The translations under genes and the position numbers were made by a program. A stretch of 52,095 nt of DNA. It comes from Chromera velia. Its lineage: Eukaryota. Below are positions 1 through 28,542 of the stretch, piece by piece. Each line of letters begins with the position of its first letter. The stretch's first letter is position 1. The notes beneath the pieces were generated by a model. That model did no database searches and had not been told where the DNA came from. It worked only from the letters and a program-made list of their open reading frames with translations. The stretch lies in the NCBI GenBank assembly GCA_018398765.1, contig JAHBMJ010000255.1, positions 1 through 52,095 on the forward strand, read 5' to 3'.

Positions 1-68
1 AAGAGAAGAGAAGAGAAGAGGAGAGAAGAGAACAGAAGAGAACAGAACAGAACAGAACAGAAGAGAAG
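1..68. repeat. (AGAAG)n/(AGAAC)n pentanucleotide microsatellite
   Basis: Directly visible tandem repeat at the window start. Confidence 0.9.
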
Positions 69-485
69 GAGTGAGAGAAGAAGAAGCGGAATGTTTCGTT
101 CCATTTCCGCACGCATGGACAGAGAGGGATGATGTTTCTTCCTTTTCTTCATTCCCCCCTCTTTGCGTGTCTCTCGTTGCTTCTGTCTCCTCCCCCCCTC
201 CCAGTCTTACCGACTCACTGACTGACCCAGAGACGCAGGGCGACAGAAAGGGGAGGAGCGTGACAGGAGGGTGAGAAGGACGACTTGAAGAACAACAAAC
301 AGCCAACAGCAATATGCATCCTGCACAGGAAGTGGAAAGCGAGAGGACGACAACATGCGGAGGAAGGACACAAGGAAAGAATCTTCATTCAGTCGAATGA
401 CCTACCGCACACAACCGGTTGAATTCAATTTTCTTTCCCAAGCTGCTCAAATCCGCAAAGTCCGCAGAGGCCGTTCGAGGGTCAC

Positions 486-2311
<1,826 letters not shown>

Positions 2312-3056
2312 GTTGCTCTCTCTGCCCGGTCTGGTATGGAAGTGCACTCTTTCACACTCCCTGGGCGCCCGGGCACAGGCGGAGACGGCAGACTGCGGGA
2401 CTTACTGAAAAAAGTTTCCCAAGCCCAGCTCACACCGGCACACTGTTCGGGGAGCTCTGAACACACTGGGGGGCGTGGCTGACACTCAGATCACCTTTTG
2501 TTTGCCTGTTGATAAGGCGGAATTTTCGGACTGACAGTCATGATCGATTGACTATCTTCATGGACTAAGACCATCTAAGACCGTAGTAAGACGGCCGGGG
2601 GCGCGCCGCGTGTGCGCGTGGGCGGGGCGCCCATGCGCGCTGTCGATTCTTTCCGGGGCCAGTTTATAAGTGCATGTGACCCGGCAAAGCGAAAAGTGTC
2701 ACACTGCTGAGATGACGTCTTTGAATGGAAGATCGATACACTTTCTATTTGTTTGTTCCTATTTGTTTGGCCTTGTGTCTCTGACCGTGACTGACCCTGT
2801 CTAGTCAGTGCGAGTTACCTTTTCTCTTGCATGCACGCTCGTTCATCCTCTGTATTTGAATCTGTCGTTGCTCCGTCATCTTGAAAGAAATCCACCACGG
2901 AGGGAGCGGCGCAAGGCATTTCATTCTTGTCGTGTGTCCGTCCGTCTCCCCCTCCGCTGAGTTCGGGTGTCGGTTCTACCTGTTTGACTGCCTCTCGGAC
3001 TGTGCTCTTGCCACTGTTAGCTGACAAGAAAGCGCGCAGAGACTTATCACTGCAAA
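2312..3056. promoter_or_regulatory. Candidate bidirectional promoter between TAM41 (-) and the purine fusion gene (+)
   Basis: The divergent start codons are ~745 bp apart. There is a central GC-rich block at ~2593-2640 containing GGGCGGGGC, followed by TTTATAAG and TGCATG at 2671-2676. Promoter function is inferred from position. Confidence 0.5.
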
Positions 3057-17520
<14,464 letters not shown>

Positions 17521-20500
17521 ATGGATGGATGAATGGCGTGCATGGGTGAGGGGGTCTACCTGCCTGCCTGCTTGGGTTGCTTCTTTCAGCTTGCGAGCGA
17601 GCAGAGTTGCAGTGGAGAGAGGAAGGAGAGAAGGGAGGGAGGCTTGAAAGGAGGGGAAAGGAAAGCAGAAAAGAGACAAGACAGACAGGAAGGGGGGGAC
17701 CTCTCCGACGTCAATTTTCTTTCTCAGACTCTTCTCTTCTTTCTCTATGTTCCCCATTCTTGTGCCTCACGATCGAATTGCCTCCCACGTTCGATGCCTG
17801 CAGGGCAGAAGGGGGGGGCTCGGGGTCGGCTTCTTGTTCTCTTTAGTGGGGGGGCAGGAGAGAAATGAAATGCATTCATTATTGAGCAAAGAGTACCAAA
17901 GCGGGGAGAGGGCTTGATTGTGTGGTACGATCACCAGACGAAATGGACGGAAGGAAGAGAAAAGAAAGGCAGCAGAAGGGCTTGATATTTATACAAGGGA
18001 ATGGAGGAAAAATTTGTTGGGGAGACGCAGCGCACATTTCCCTTCTTTCTGCGAGAGTAAATCGTTGGCACAGAACGCGAGACAGGAACAGGAAAGAAAT
18101 ATTAGAGGGAAATCGGGTTGCGTTATTTGGGTCTGGGGACCGGGTTGAGAAGACACCGAAGGGAAGGGAGGGAGGGTAGAAGAAAGGTTTGTTTGACTGA
18201 CAAGAGAAACGGCAGGGGAGGGATTGATGACTCAAAAGGAGACGCGGTGCCTGTCTGATTTATTTCGGTCACTCATCAGTGCTTTGAGTATGAGTGTGGT
18301 GCAAACTGTCAATGCGAGAGCGGCAGCGAGAGACACTGTTCTTTTCTGTATATCGAGCGACCGAAAGGAAAAGTGGCAGTCGAAGAGGCACTGGCAAGCA
18401 ATGATGGTTTCATGATGAGAAAGAAGAAAGCAGGAAAATAGACTGAAAATGTCGCGAGGGACTTTTCTTTGCTCCTTTACTTCGTTTCTTTCGTTATACA
18501 AGTATTGTCATGTTGTTTGTCTTCTCTGCCTATTTTCGTTTCTGTCTTGTTGGCCCGGAGTCTCCATTTGAAAACTTTTTCACTTTCCTTCGTGTTATGC
18601 CCGTCTCCCTCCCTCCCGCTCAAGGCTTCAGAGCCGACGAGGGAGGACGAAGGTAAGGGAAAGAACGATCGACCCTGTATGTTCGTCTGTGTGTTTGTAT
18701 GTACGTTCGTCTGATTGTTTGTGGTGAGAAAGCAGAAGAGAAGCGCGAGGTTGTCTCTCTGTCTGTCTGTATTCACATAAGGTTCGCATGCATGCACGTC
18801 CCCCCGTGTTGTTTCTTTTAATTCCTCTACTGTCGTGAGGGCCAAAGAGCCGGGAAGGGAAAAGGTTGAAATGGCCTGTTGGGCCTATGTATATGTCTGA
18901 TGCATTCCTGCATTCATTCATTCATTCATTCAACAACAGGTGGATGCATTCGAGAGGAGAGGAGAGGTGAAGCTGGAGGCTCAGGTAGTCCGTCTTGACT
19001 GACTGCCAGACCTTAAGCTGCGTGTTTGGATTAGTTGCGTGTGTCCAAACAAACGAACGACATAAGGATGTTTTTCCATTTGTCCTGTCCACTGGTCAGC
19101 CCCCTTGATCTGTCCACTATCTTCACTCTCTGACTGACTGATTCAATGGATGGATGCGTGTCTTTGTCTTCAATCGGCCGATGACAATAGCCGTGTGCTG
19201 TGCAACTCGATCGGACAGTGACTGACTATTTATGAGCGCTTTCTGTGTACATTTATCCGCGTCTTTCTCAACGGTGTCTGATCTTCAGACGACAGAAAAT
19301 GAACTCTCTTTCTTTCTCTTTCTCTCTCTCTCTCTGTGCAAAGTGCGCAGGCAGAGCAGAGGCACATTTATCTCCTCAATGCCGGATTAAGCAGAGTTTG
19401 TCAAAAGCTGGAATTGAGTATTTTTAGTATTTTCCATTGAATTTGGATCGTCTTCTTATGTCTTCTTCAAAGAGAGTCACAGGAATCGTATTTGTACATC
19501 GTCATACAAGATCGATCGATTGATTGATGCATGATTCGAATGAATCGAATCAGAAACTGCATTCAGATGCGTGCTTGTCGAGCTGTTTCTACGCGCGGAT
19601 CGCAGAGAGCGCCGCGATAAATCGACACAAGCAACCAAAACATCTTTTCAAAAATCCATATTTATGATAAATTGTAATTATCTTTATAAAATTTGATGAA
19701 GGTGATAGTAATAGTGACTTAATTGGTGCCCCAGGTAGAGCACTGTCGCCGTTCTACCAGAAGACGTCCCTGCGAACGGCAAAGGTTTCTAGGAAGGTTT
19801 TAAAATGCACGGAAGCAAATACGTGATCGAGATAGCTGAGTGGCAGTGCATTTGCCTCTTTGCATCTTGTAAAGGGCGTGCATGCTGAGCAAAGGATGAA
19901 AGCACTAGCGAAATCAGCATGCTTCTGGAATATTATGCAGTGATCTTTATTGATCTTTTTCTGCATGTTCAGAGTTGGTAACTTCAAGTTATAATAAATG
20001 TATTAAAGTACAAAAAAAAAAAAAAATGGAACCGGCCCCAATTTTTTAGTTATAAATTTTGTATGTTTATGTAGTGTATGGCTATCCTTTAAGTACTTTC
20101 TCATGAAGCCCTGCACTATATCTCCCTGACACTATAAGCCACTTCAAAAGTTTTTGCTCCGAGAGTCTGACGAACAGACTTGAAAGTCCGCAACACAATT
20201 GTTTTAGGGGGGTTGCGTGCCGCTGTAGTGGAAGGTAGGGGGGGAAGGGGAGGTCTTGGGTACCACTGACACTCAAATGTATTTTTACATGGCCCCTTGA
20301 TCGCCGTACATGGGCCGCAGAGCTGCTAAGGGCTACCTCCAGGTCGCCTTTGCGGACAACTTGATTGGCCGTGCCGCAGGCGCGGATGGACTTCATCAGC
20401 CGTGCTGCTGATGCGGATCTAGATGCGAATGAACTTGAATGTCTAGTTGAATGTTCTGCTTTCAATGCAAGTGGCTTGTAGTGTCAGGGAGGTGCCCTGC

Positions 20501-21334
20501 ACTTCATATTAAAACTAGTTCATAAATAAAAATTTATACACTTGTATACTTATACTACATATTGTAGTGTCCCACCTCCTGGCACCGCCCCGCTGCCGCC
20601 TCTCGGTCCTTCTCGCATGCGCCCCGCCTTTGCTTCCATCGCCTGCCGCCGCGTTCTGTCTCTCTGGCCCCGGAAAGCTTGACACTGTCTTTGTGTTCAC
20701 GTGGGGACCGGTCAGATTTAATCCGCCCTCAGCCGTCTTGCTGAGATCGTTCATTCCGTTTGTCCGGTCGTGAGTCTGTCTTCTCTTAGCAGCGCTAGCA
20801 GAAGTTCAAGTTCAACTTCGAACTGTGAATCTCTCGACTCTATGGAGGGCTAAGGATCTATCCATATCTAATCCTTTAGCTGACTGAAATCTTCAGACTG
20901 AGCTAAAGTCTGGAGAGTTTACGGATTCGTCTCTCTGTCTGGGCGTCGTCTCTGGTCTAGCTCTCCGTCTGTCCTGCCGCTACCTCTAAGGCAGCAGGAA
21001 GTTGCTACAATATACGTGTACCCCTTCGAGTTCTTTAAATATGTTTTTAATAAGTATGAGTGACCATCACTGGGACCATCATTGTCTGACACCACAGCAG
21101 TTAGCAGACCGGAGATTTGGCGGAGAAGCCAGACTAGATCAACAAGAAGCTAGACGAGAAGAGTCAGAAGACTATAGCGAAAAAATCATTTTGATTAATT
21201 TTCATTCAAATTTAATTTGAAAGCGGTTTTGGTTTTATATAGTAGATTTGCATTCACAGTTTCTTTGAAACACTGCCAGCTTGCGTTTCCATGTGAGCTT
21301 ATACTTGACCTGTGGGCAATAATGCCAGTACAGA

Positions 21335-22441
21335 TTATTCGATCAAATCTTCGGCTTCTGCTTTCATGCCGGCCTTGGCTAGCAAGTGCTTCAGACGTGC
21401 ATGTTTCTTACTATTCGCAAAACCCCTCTTTCCTCGTGCACAAATCAAAAGCTCAACCGCCCGTTTGGCAAAGGGACCGGTGAAATCGGGAGCATTCCCA
21501 ATTGAGAAAAGCAGTAGAGTGTATGTTTCTGCATTTGGCTCTGGGCCTTCAGACGTCATCATGTTGTAACACCTCTCCATTTTTTGCCACTGATCTCTCT
21601 TGGGTGCCTGTTTCATGACACGGAGGAATGAATTACAAGTGCGGACGTCCGGTAGAATGTCTTCAGAATCCATTTTCCAAAAATACTTCTCCGCCTTTTG
21701 AGACAACTCTTTCCCCCGAGCCTTTGCCTTAGACAAAGCACTGAAGAGGGCACTGTATGCGATGGCATCTGCGCGAACGCCCTCACTCTCCATCTTCTCG
21801 AACAGATTAATTGCCAATTTCCACTGACTGCCTTCTGGGGCATTTCCCACTGCGGCAATCAATCCTGTGTAAGTGAGAATCGAAGGTTTCAATCCGGCTT
21901 CCTGCATCTCTCTGAGAAAATTTAGCGCCAGCTTCCACTGGCTGCCTTTCAGAGCTTTTGCCAATGCGGTAATCAAGGCCGTGTAAGCAACATCATTGGG
22001 CTTTATTCCAGCATCCCGCATCTGCTGAAAGCTTCGCAGCGCCTTCTCCCATTGACTCCCCCCCGCAGCTTTCTCGTATGCAGTGATCAGTGCGGTGAAT
22101 GCTTGAACATCCAACGCAATTCCCTCTGCCACCATTTCCTGAAAAATCCTCTCTGCGTCCTTCCACTTCTTGCCTCCATGAGCATTTGCCATCGCAGTGA
22201 TCAGTGCAGTGTACGACATCGTCGTCGGCCGAATGCCCGTCGACCTCATTTGCTCGAAGGCTTCCTCAGCCGCATCCGCCAGACCCCCCTCTGGGTTGTT
22301 CGCGAGTGCAGTGATGACGCAGGTGCATGTGAACTCGTTGGGTTCAAGCCCCTCTGCCCGCATCTCCTGGATGACCTCAAGAACGCTCTTCCATTTTCCT
22401 TTGTCTGCAAATGGTGTCAGTATCTTCGTGTACTGCTTCAT
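21335..22441 (-). CDS. Pentatricopeptide repeat (PPR) protein, ~9 P-type repeats
   Basis: Repeated xxTYTALITAxxK...W..A...F.EM...GI.PN motifs. The frame stays open upstream to an acceptor at 22493. A tentative first exon 22789-22764 (phase 2, GTAAG donor) would give MCPCLLMIPCQAFSSRAEDLKRITIRMKQY. Confidence 0.9.
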   Translation of the reverse strand: MKQYTKILTPFADKGKWKSVLEVIQEMRAEGLEPNEFTCTCVITALANNPEGGLADAAEEAFEQMRSTGIRPTTMSYTALITAMANAHGGKKWKDAERIFQEMVAEGIALDVQAFTALITAYEKAAGGSQWEKALRSFQQMRDAGIKPNDVAYTALITALAKALKGSQWKLALNFLREMQEAGLKPSILTYTGLIAAVGNAPEGSQWKLAINLFEKMESEGVRADAIAYSALFSALSKAKARGKELSQKAEKYFWKMDSEDILPDVRTCNSFLRVMKQAPKRDQWQKMERCYNMMTSEGPEPNAETYTLLLFSIGNAPDFTGPFAKRAVELLICARGKRGFANSKKHARLKHLLAKAGMKAEAEDLIE

Positions 22442-23375
22442 TCTGATGGTGATCCTTTTCAGGTCCTCGGCCCTTGAACTGAAGGCTTGGCAGCTGCAAA
22501 GAGGGAGAAAAGAGGGAGAGACAGCGGGAGAAAGCCATGGGCTGGGGATCCACGAGTGTCCATGTCAAAAAAGGAGGTCAAAAGTGCATCGTTAGATAAT
22601 CTGAGGAGAAAGACCAAACAAAGATCATAGAAAGAGAGCAGCAGACCGATGCAAGGAGAAGAAGGATGCACGTGGCTGTCAAATTGCCGACTTGAACTAG
22701 AATTCATCACTGGAGAGCAGTGCCAGCGGGGAAAGAAGGCACAATTAAGGGACAGACTCTTACGGGATCATAAGGAGACAGGGGCACATTAAGAAAAACC
22801 AGCGTCCCTTAATTGATTCTCCGCAATTCGCCTCCCAACCTTCCGAACACTCTTTGGAGTCCTCCAACTTGTCCCCGCAGCAAACCTCCTTGTACGTCAC
22901 TTAAATGAGGCGTCAGCACTCGCATCTCCGAAGCGCAAAAAGGCCCGGCGACTTCCGTGTTCCGACCACATTGGAGACGGCTCAGACGTTGTGCAATGTG
23001 GGCGGATGGACACAGATAAAACGAAGGAAATGAAACGTTCGTCCTACAGGGGACGCCCCGTAAAGCACGGATGCGATACATTGGCGTGTCAAAACACGCG
23101 AAAAACAGGAGCTCTCCGCTGTGTTGCTACATGCATAGACGCCAGACCAGTTAGTTGTGTCAGATGGAGACGGCAACTCTCGTGGCCGAGACGGCGAATA
23201 TACGAGCTCAGACAGGAAGGGCAGGTCCATCAAGAGAAATACCTGATGACGAGGGGCGTGCAGGAAAAAGCAAAACAGACTGGAAGACATGTCACACGCA
23301 GGTGTGTACGGTGTGTACACAAGTCAGCGATATTGATATATAGTTGGAACGACGAAGCGCTGCTAAGAAAAGATC

Positions 23376-23450
23376 TGCATGCATGGCAAAGCTCGGAATA
23401 TATAGCTCGGAGCATGCTCGGAGCTGCAATGCATGCATGGATAGCTCGGA
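23376..23450. promoter_or_regulatory. Cluster of repeated motifs upstream of the PPR gene: TGCATGCATGG x2, GCTCGGA x4
   Basis: TGCATGCATGG at 23376 and 23430; GCTCGGA at 23391, 23405, 23416 and 23444. A regulatory role is inferred. Confidence 0.35.
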
Positions 23451-23702
23451 GCGCACAAGCTACATGCAGGAGACGCGCGGAGACGGCTGCCGTGACATGA
23501 GACGAGACCTGCACTGCCAGACGCAGCCAGAGTCCCCAGGCTCTCTTCACTGCACTGTCTTCCCACAGACCTCCACTTTCGTCCTTCTCAGGGGTTTGAA
23601 GAGAAAGACGACCTTCGCGACCGTCGACGAGCTGGCTTTGCCGCCGCACTGAATTCTCCGAGCCGCTCGTTTTTCTTTGAGAGACGAAACGAAGATGGGT
23701 CG

Positions 23703-24337
23703 GAACCTAGGGTATGACACTCTTGAGCCTCGTCAGTCAGTTTCACTCAGCAATACCCCCCTTTCATCCCGCATACAACACATCAACATGTCAAAACATG
23801 TTTTTTGTGGTTATTGGACCAAAAGAACCAAATAAAGATGAAAAGTCTACCAGTTTTTGAACGATTTTGACCTGAAAACACTCAAAAACATGTTGGTGCC
23901 AACAAAAGTTCTGATTTACCGGTTCTGGCAGTTCAAGAACCAAAACACCCCCCCCCTGAACCAAATGATAAGACCTTCCATTATATTTATTTCACTTTAT
24001 TTTAAGTTCTTTTGCATGAAAGACTTTATGGAACCAAGAATTGCTTTGGTTCTTGATGGTTCAGATGAGTTTCAGAAGTTCTCATTATGAGTTCATCGGT
24101 TCAAGAACCACCATCGTATGGAAAGCTAGAACCAACATTGGCACCCGAACTGTAACCGTGCAGAACCCCCCCCCTTTCTTTTGAACCACCCTGAAAACAT
24201 GTTTTTCTTGTATATCAAGATGTTTTCTCTTCAAAAAAAGATGTGAACCAGTGGAAATAAATGCATCAAATGCAGTTCTTGCTGGTAGAACTCTCTATGT
24301 ATCGTAAAGTGTCTGCAGAGTATCATACCCTAGGTTC
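23703..24337. mobile_element. Non-autonomous DNA transposon (MITE), 635 bp
   Basis: 21-bp TIRs GAACCTAGGGTATGACACTCT (23703-23723) and AGAGTATCATACCCTAGGTTC (24317-24337) with 1 mismatch. Flanked by direct GGTCG (23698-23702 and 24338-24342). The AT-rich non-coding interior has many GAACC/GGTTC motifs. Confidence 0.85.
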
Positions 24338-24469
24338 GGTCGGAACGGAGACCACCCGATGTTATTGCAGAGATCAGGAGGGTTGCTGAAAGAAGTGAGG
24401 AGATGATGGGGAGGATTGAGAGTCTTGAGGAAGTGGAAACGTATATCTATTCTACTGGGTGGGCTGCTG

Positions 24470-25527
24470 CCAACCCATCTTTTTTCGACACCCAAAAGGG
24501 CGACCTCTTTTGCCCTAAGATCCCTGATCCAAGCAGACAGAGCTAGGATATTTCCTCTTTCCTCTCTTGCTGGACTTTTCCTGCCAGTGAAGACCTCCGC
24601 CAAGACTTCCCTGCCTTCCTGCAGAAAGCCAACTGGCAGGCCTTCTCATGGGAGGAGATCAAAAACCTCATCGACGACACTAAGACCGTTGCCGTCGATC
24701 TCGAGGAGTACAAGAATGGTGTCATGGTTGGCCAGACCCAGGAAGAGCTCGCTAAGTATCTGGAGAACCTTCAGGTGATCAATCGTGTCGTCTCCTTAAT
24801 AGAGGAAGACCTCCTCAGTCGAAGCTTAGGTCGAGACACGCAGAGGTGAAGGAGAAGATTGAAGAGAAGGTGAGGGCTCTGAATGAGTGTCTCAAAGAGT
24901 GTGATCTAGAGTGTGATATCCGTCCTTCTCTGTGTCATCCTTTCTGCTTCCCAGAGTCCATCCTTCTTTTTGAAGCCTCTGGACAGCTTCTGACCTCGTG
25001 GTATCGGAGCCAGGTATCCCAGCAAGTGGGAGCTGCTCTTTAGGGGCAGTCGGGATGGGATGAATCCCGCGGCCTTCCACTACAAGGCAGCTGGGAGGGG
25101 GCCAACAATCACGGTGGTGAAGTGTGATGAGAATGTGTTTGGGGGGTTCACGACAGTGTCATGGGGGGGTCGTGGCGGCTACTTCATTGACTATGAAGCT
25201 TTCATCTTCCTCTTGGAAAGCTCCCTTGGCATTGAGCCTGCACGCTTTCCTGTGAAAGATGGGAATTCTGGCATGGCAATCGCTCATTATCCCAACTACG
25301 GGCCAATTTTTTGGCATGACCTCCAGTGCTTCCACTCTGGTAGCACAAACTGTTACAGCAACTTCGGTACTCACTATGAGAATACTACAGGGAGAGGAAC
25401 ATGTAGTCTCCTAGGAACTACCGGCACTGTCCCCGTTGAAATGACGGACATTGAGGTCTTTGCTTTGAGGGAGGGGGCAACACGCAACAGCGGTAGCAGC
25501 CTAGGTAGCAGTAGTAACGCAGCTTGA
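24470..25527 (+). pseudogene. TLDc-domain protein gene, apparently disrupted and intronless
   Basis: KWELLFRGSRDGMNPAAFH...GPTITVVK...VFGGFTTVSW...DYEAFIFLL...YGPIF...IEVF is a TLDc domain. The segment ESILL...LLTSW lies in another frame (shift near 25020). Further upstream coding-like sequence contains stops (~24544, ~24847). Confidence 0.7.
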
Positions 25528-25998
25528 GAGCACATCTGTCTAAGACCTTTTCTCTCCATCTTCTTGGCCATCCGGCAGGTTTGTGCACGAAATGAAATGA
25601 TGTTTGGAAACTTTTGCCACGTTCATGTACATCCTGCTAAAAACTTCAAGGTTCCGAAACTGTCTGAAACCGTCCAAATCTTGCTGCGAAGGAGTGTTTT
25701 TCAGTCTTTCCCGTCAAAAGCCGAGATTAAAAGGTACCGGAACAGCTGAGTTTGGTGTGAAACGCTTTCTCATCTCCTTTGACCAAAAATGTTCCCTCTT
25801 GGTGATGCTCACGGAGGGAGAATCCCACCTCTTAGCCAGATCTTACAGACCGTACAGCAGAATACGGACAGCCTAAAAACTAAGTCTTATATCAGTGCCC
25901 ACCACAAGATAGCTTGTCATAGCATCCAGCAGTATGATGCTCAGCTTGCGATGTTTATCGAAGCCGCCAGGCTCTAGTCGAGAGGGCTGGAACAATTC

Positions 25999-27064
25999 TT
26001 GGCTTCACAAGAAAAAGCCGACCTTCACATCAGGGAAATTGTTGGGCTTGACTTGAAGGCCCTGACCAGGGAGAAGCAGGCTAAGCTGGGGGAGGAGGAA
26101 ATGGAAAAAACAGAGCCGATGCTACAAAATTATGTTCATACCCTTGCCGATTTCGTGGAAACAGTTGGGAGAAGGGAGACTCAGTCTCAGAATGGTGAGC
26201 TCAATGTGGTTGCCAGTGTGGCTACCACTAAAAAAGTAGAGATCAAGCGCAGAGTCTGGAGAAAGGGGCGGGAACTCCCCCCTCTGACCATTATCACCTT
26301 CTCGGACGAGTGGTCTACGAAAGATTTTGACACCGTGTTTGGTCTATCGCGCACAGTGAAATTCCAAGAGGTCGACTGTAGGATTCGTCTGAGGAAAACA
26401 CGACCTCAGGCCTGCAGAAATGACTTTGAGTAGGCGTTCGAGTCGGGTGTGCGCAGCCAGAACGCAGACACGCGCGCCTGCGCCCAGGGAATTCTGAGTA
26501 GAGACGATCCTATTACGAACGTGCTGCATGTATCGCGGATGTACTGCGGTATCATGCAAATGAGAGAGAGCTTCCCTCTGCCCGCTCTCAACAGTTACTT
26601 TGCAATGCAACAACATTACAATACCAGACAGCACTATTCACTGTTACCCCACCAGAACTCCTGTTGCCCAGAATGCCTCACACGTGCCATCTTCTCGTCC
26701 CGTCTCCGGAGTCCAGCCTTCGCAGGCCCCAGTCATTCTGTCTGGTCTGCTGCAGCAGCACGCCCAGCCACAAGCGGCTCCACCCGGACTGCCTACACAG
26801 CAGGCCGGAGTGCAAGAGCGTATCCCCTCCCAGAACACAGACGACAGACAAATCTCCAGAGCTCCCAATTCTCCCTCTAAAGTGTTGGATCGTGCTGCTC
26901 CATCTGTACAGGCACCCGAGGGAATTTTGTCACCCCTCCCTTATACAACTGATGCAGCTGCTGCTGCCATACCCCTCGAGGCTGTTGTCTCTCCAGACGA
27001 GGGAGGACCCTCCGCCTCCAGGACAGACGGGGATAAGAACAGAAAAAGAATGATGTCGGGTTGA
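25999..27064 (+). pseudogene. Decayed hypothetical coding region, no family recognised
   Basis: Protein-like ORF pieces 25999-26433 and 26600-27064 are broken by stops or frame changes, with no microsatellite introns. No motif was recognised. Confidence 0.25.
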
Positions 27065-27260
27065 GAGACCAGGTCGCTAGGGTAGGTGGGTAAGAGGATG
27101 GGAAGAAAAATTCTAGAAGAGGAGGATGTGGTACGTATGAGGGGTCGGATACTCCACAGAACCTTTCAGGCAGCGGGCGAAGGGTTTCTGAGGTTTTGCA
27201 AGACACCCGTCGGTCTCCCCCCTCCAGGTCCGGGGGGGGGAGGGGCATGGCCGATGGTCC

Positions 27261-27302
27261 CTCCTCACGGGAGCGCCTACGGACTCCTCACGGGAGCGCC
27301 TA
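27261..27302. repeat. 19-bp direct repeat CTCCTCACGGGAGCGCCTA x2 (period 23)
   Basis: Exact copies at 27261-27279 and 27284-27302. Confidence 0.9.
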
Positions 27303-28437
27303 TAGAGGGGTGCAGAGGCTATGTCCTGGGGGGGAAATGGGGGAACACAGGGGGGGGGACTGAGGACAGTGGGGGGTTCCAGCGAGAAGATGGAGTAACT
27401 CTTAGTAAATGATGACCGCTTGATAACAGTAAGCCCTCCTATCTCGTTTTCTGTTTTTCTTTCTTTTCTTTCTCCCTCTTCTTTTTTTTTTTCTTCTTTG
27501 CCTTTCCTCCCTGTTGATGAGGCCTAGGATGAGGCATTGCTTTTGTTCGAATACACACATTTTGATGAGCCTTTTTGAGTGCCTGTAAGAACTTGCCCTC
27601 CCCTTTTTCTAAGACCTACTCTTCATCCTCTGTCAGAAACTGGCTTCACTGTTTCCTCGGATAGTAACCGTTTTGCGTGCCTAACGGATGACTCTTTGTC
27701 TAAAAGCACTTCCCCCTTTTCATCGCATCCCGCTCGACCTGTTGACGTTCCCTTGCAGCTCTTGGACCTAGATAGTAGAGATAGACAGCAAAGTTTCACT
27801 TCCAGCGCGCCAATGGAAGAGTTAGTGAGGCTTGCTTTACACCGGGAAGAGAAAAGAAAAGGAACGCAAGAATGGTAAGGAAAGGAGACAGCAGAGTGCA
27901 CGGCTGGAAGCAGAAAAGAAGGAGAAAGGTGTAGGGGACTGAGAATGGAGGTTGAGTCCTTAGATAATATGAAGACAGACAGAGGTAAACAGACGGTGTG
28001 CAGTGATAGAGAATTATAGAGAAAGAGAGAGGTAAGAGAGGATAGAGAGAGGGCAAAGAAAGAGATATCACTAGAGAGATGCAAGACGGGTGATGAGAGA
28101 GAGACAGCGTCTAACAGGAAGATTCAGTCAGGATCAAATAGGAAGGATAGAAAGGGCAGAAAAAGCAGTGAGAACATAGGTCCATTTTGTTTTTAGAGAG
28201 GGCTGGCGGACGCCGATACTGTTGACTCTCCTCTGGTTTTTTCCTTCATCCCCCCAATTAGAGTGTGTGAAGATGGAGAGAGCAGGCCTAGGGGGGATAT
28301 GAATATCAAAACCCAAGGGAAGCGGACAAACAGGAATGACGGCAAGAGAAGAAGAGACAGAGAGGGTTAAAGAGAGGAAAAGAGGGATGACGAACTTCAA
28401 GGACAAAGCAGTGAAGGTGAAGAGAAAAACAGGGGGG

Positions 28438-28542
28438 NNNNNNNNNNNNNNNNNNNNNNNNNNNNNNNNNNNNNNNNNNNNNNNNNNNNNNNNNNNNNNN
28501 NNNNNNNNNNNNNNNNNNNNNNNNNNNNNNNNNNNNNNNNNN
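28438..28542. other. Assembly gap (N run)
   Basis: N characters flanked by G-runs. Confidence 0.99.

Noticed and set aside
19720..20570. Short imperfect inverted repeats in the AT-rich stretch (AATTGGTGCC/GGCCCCAATT; TATAAATTTT/AAAATTTATA)
   Set aside because: They are too short and AT-biased, with no TSD, so a transposon call cannot be supported.
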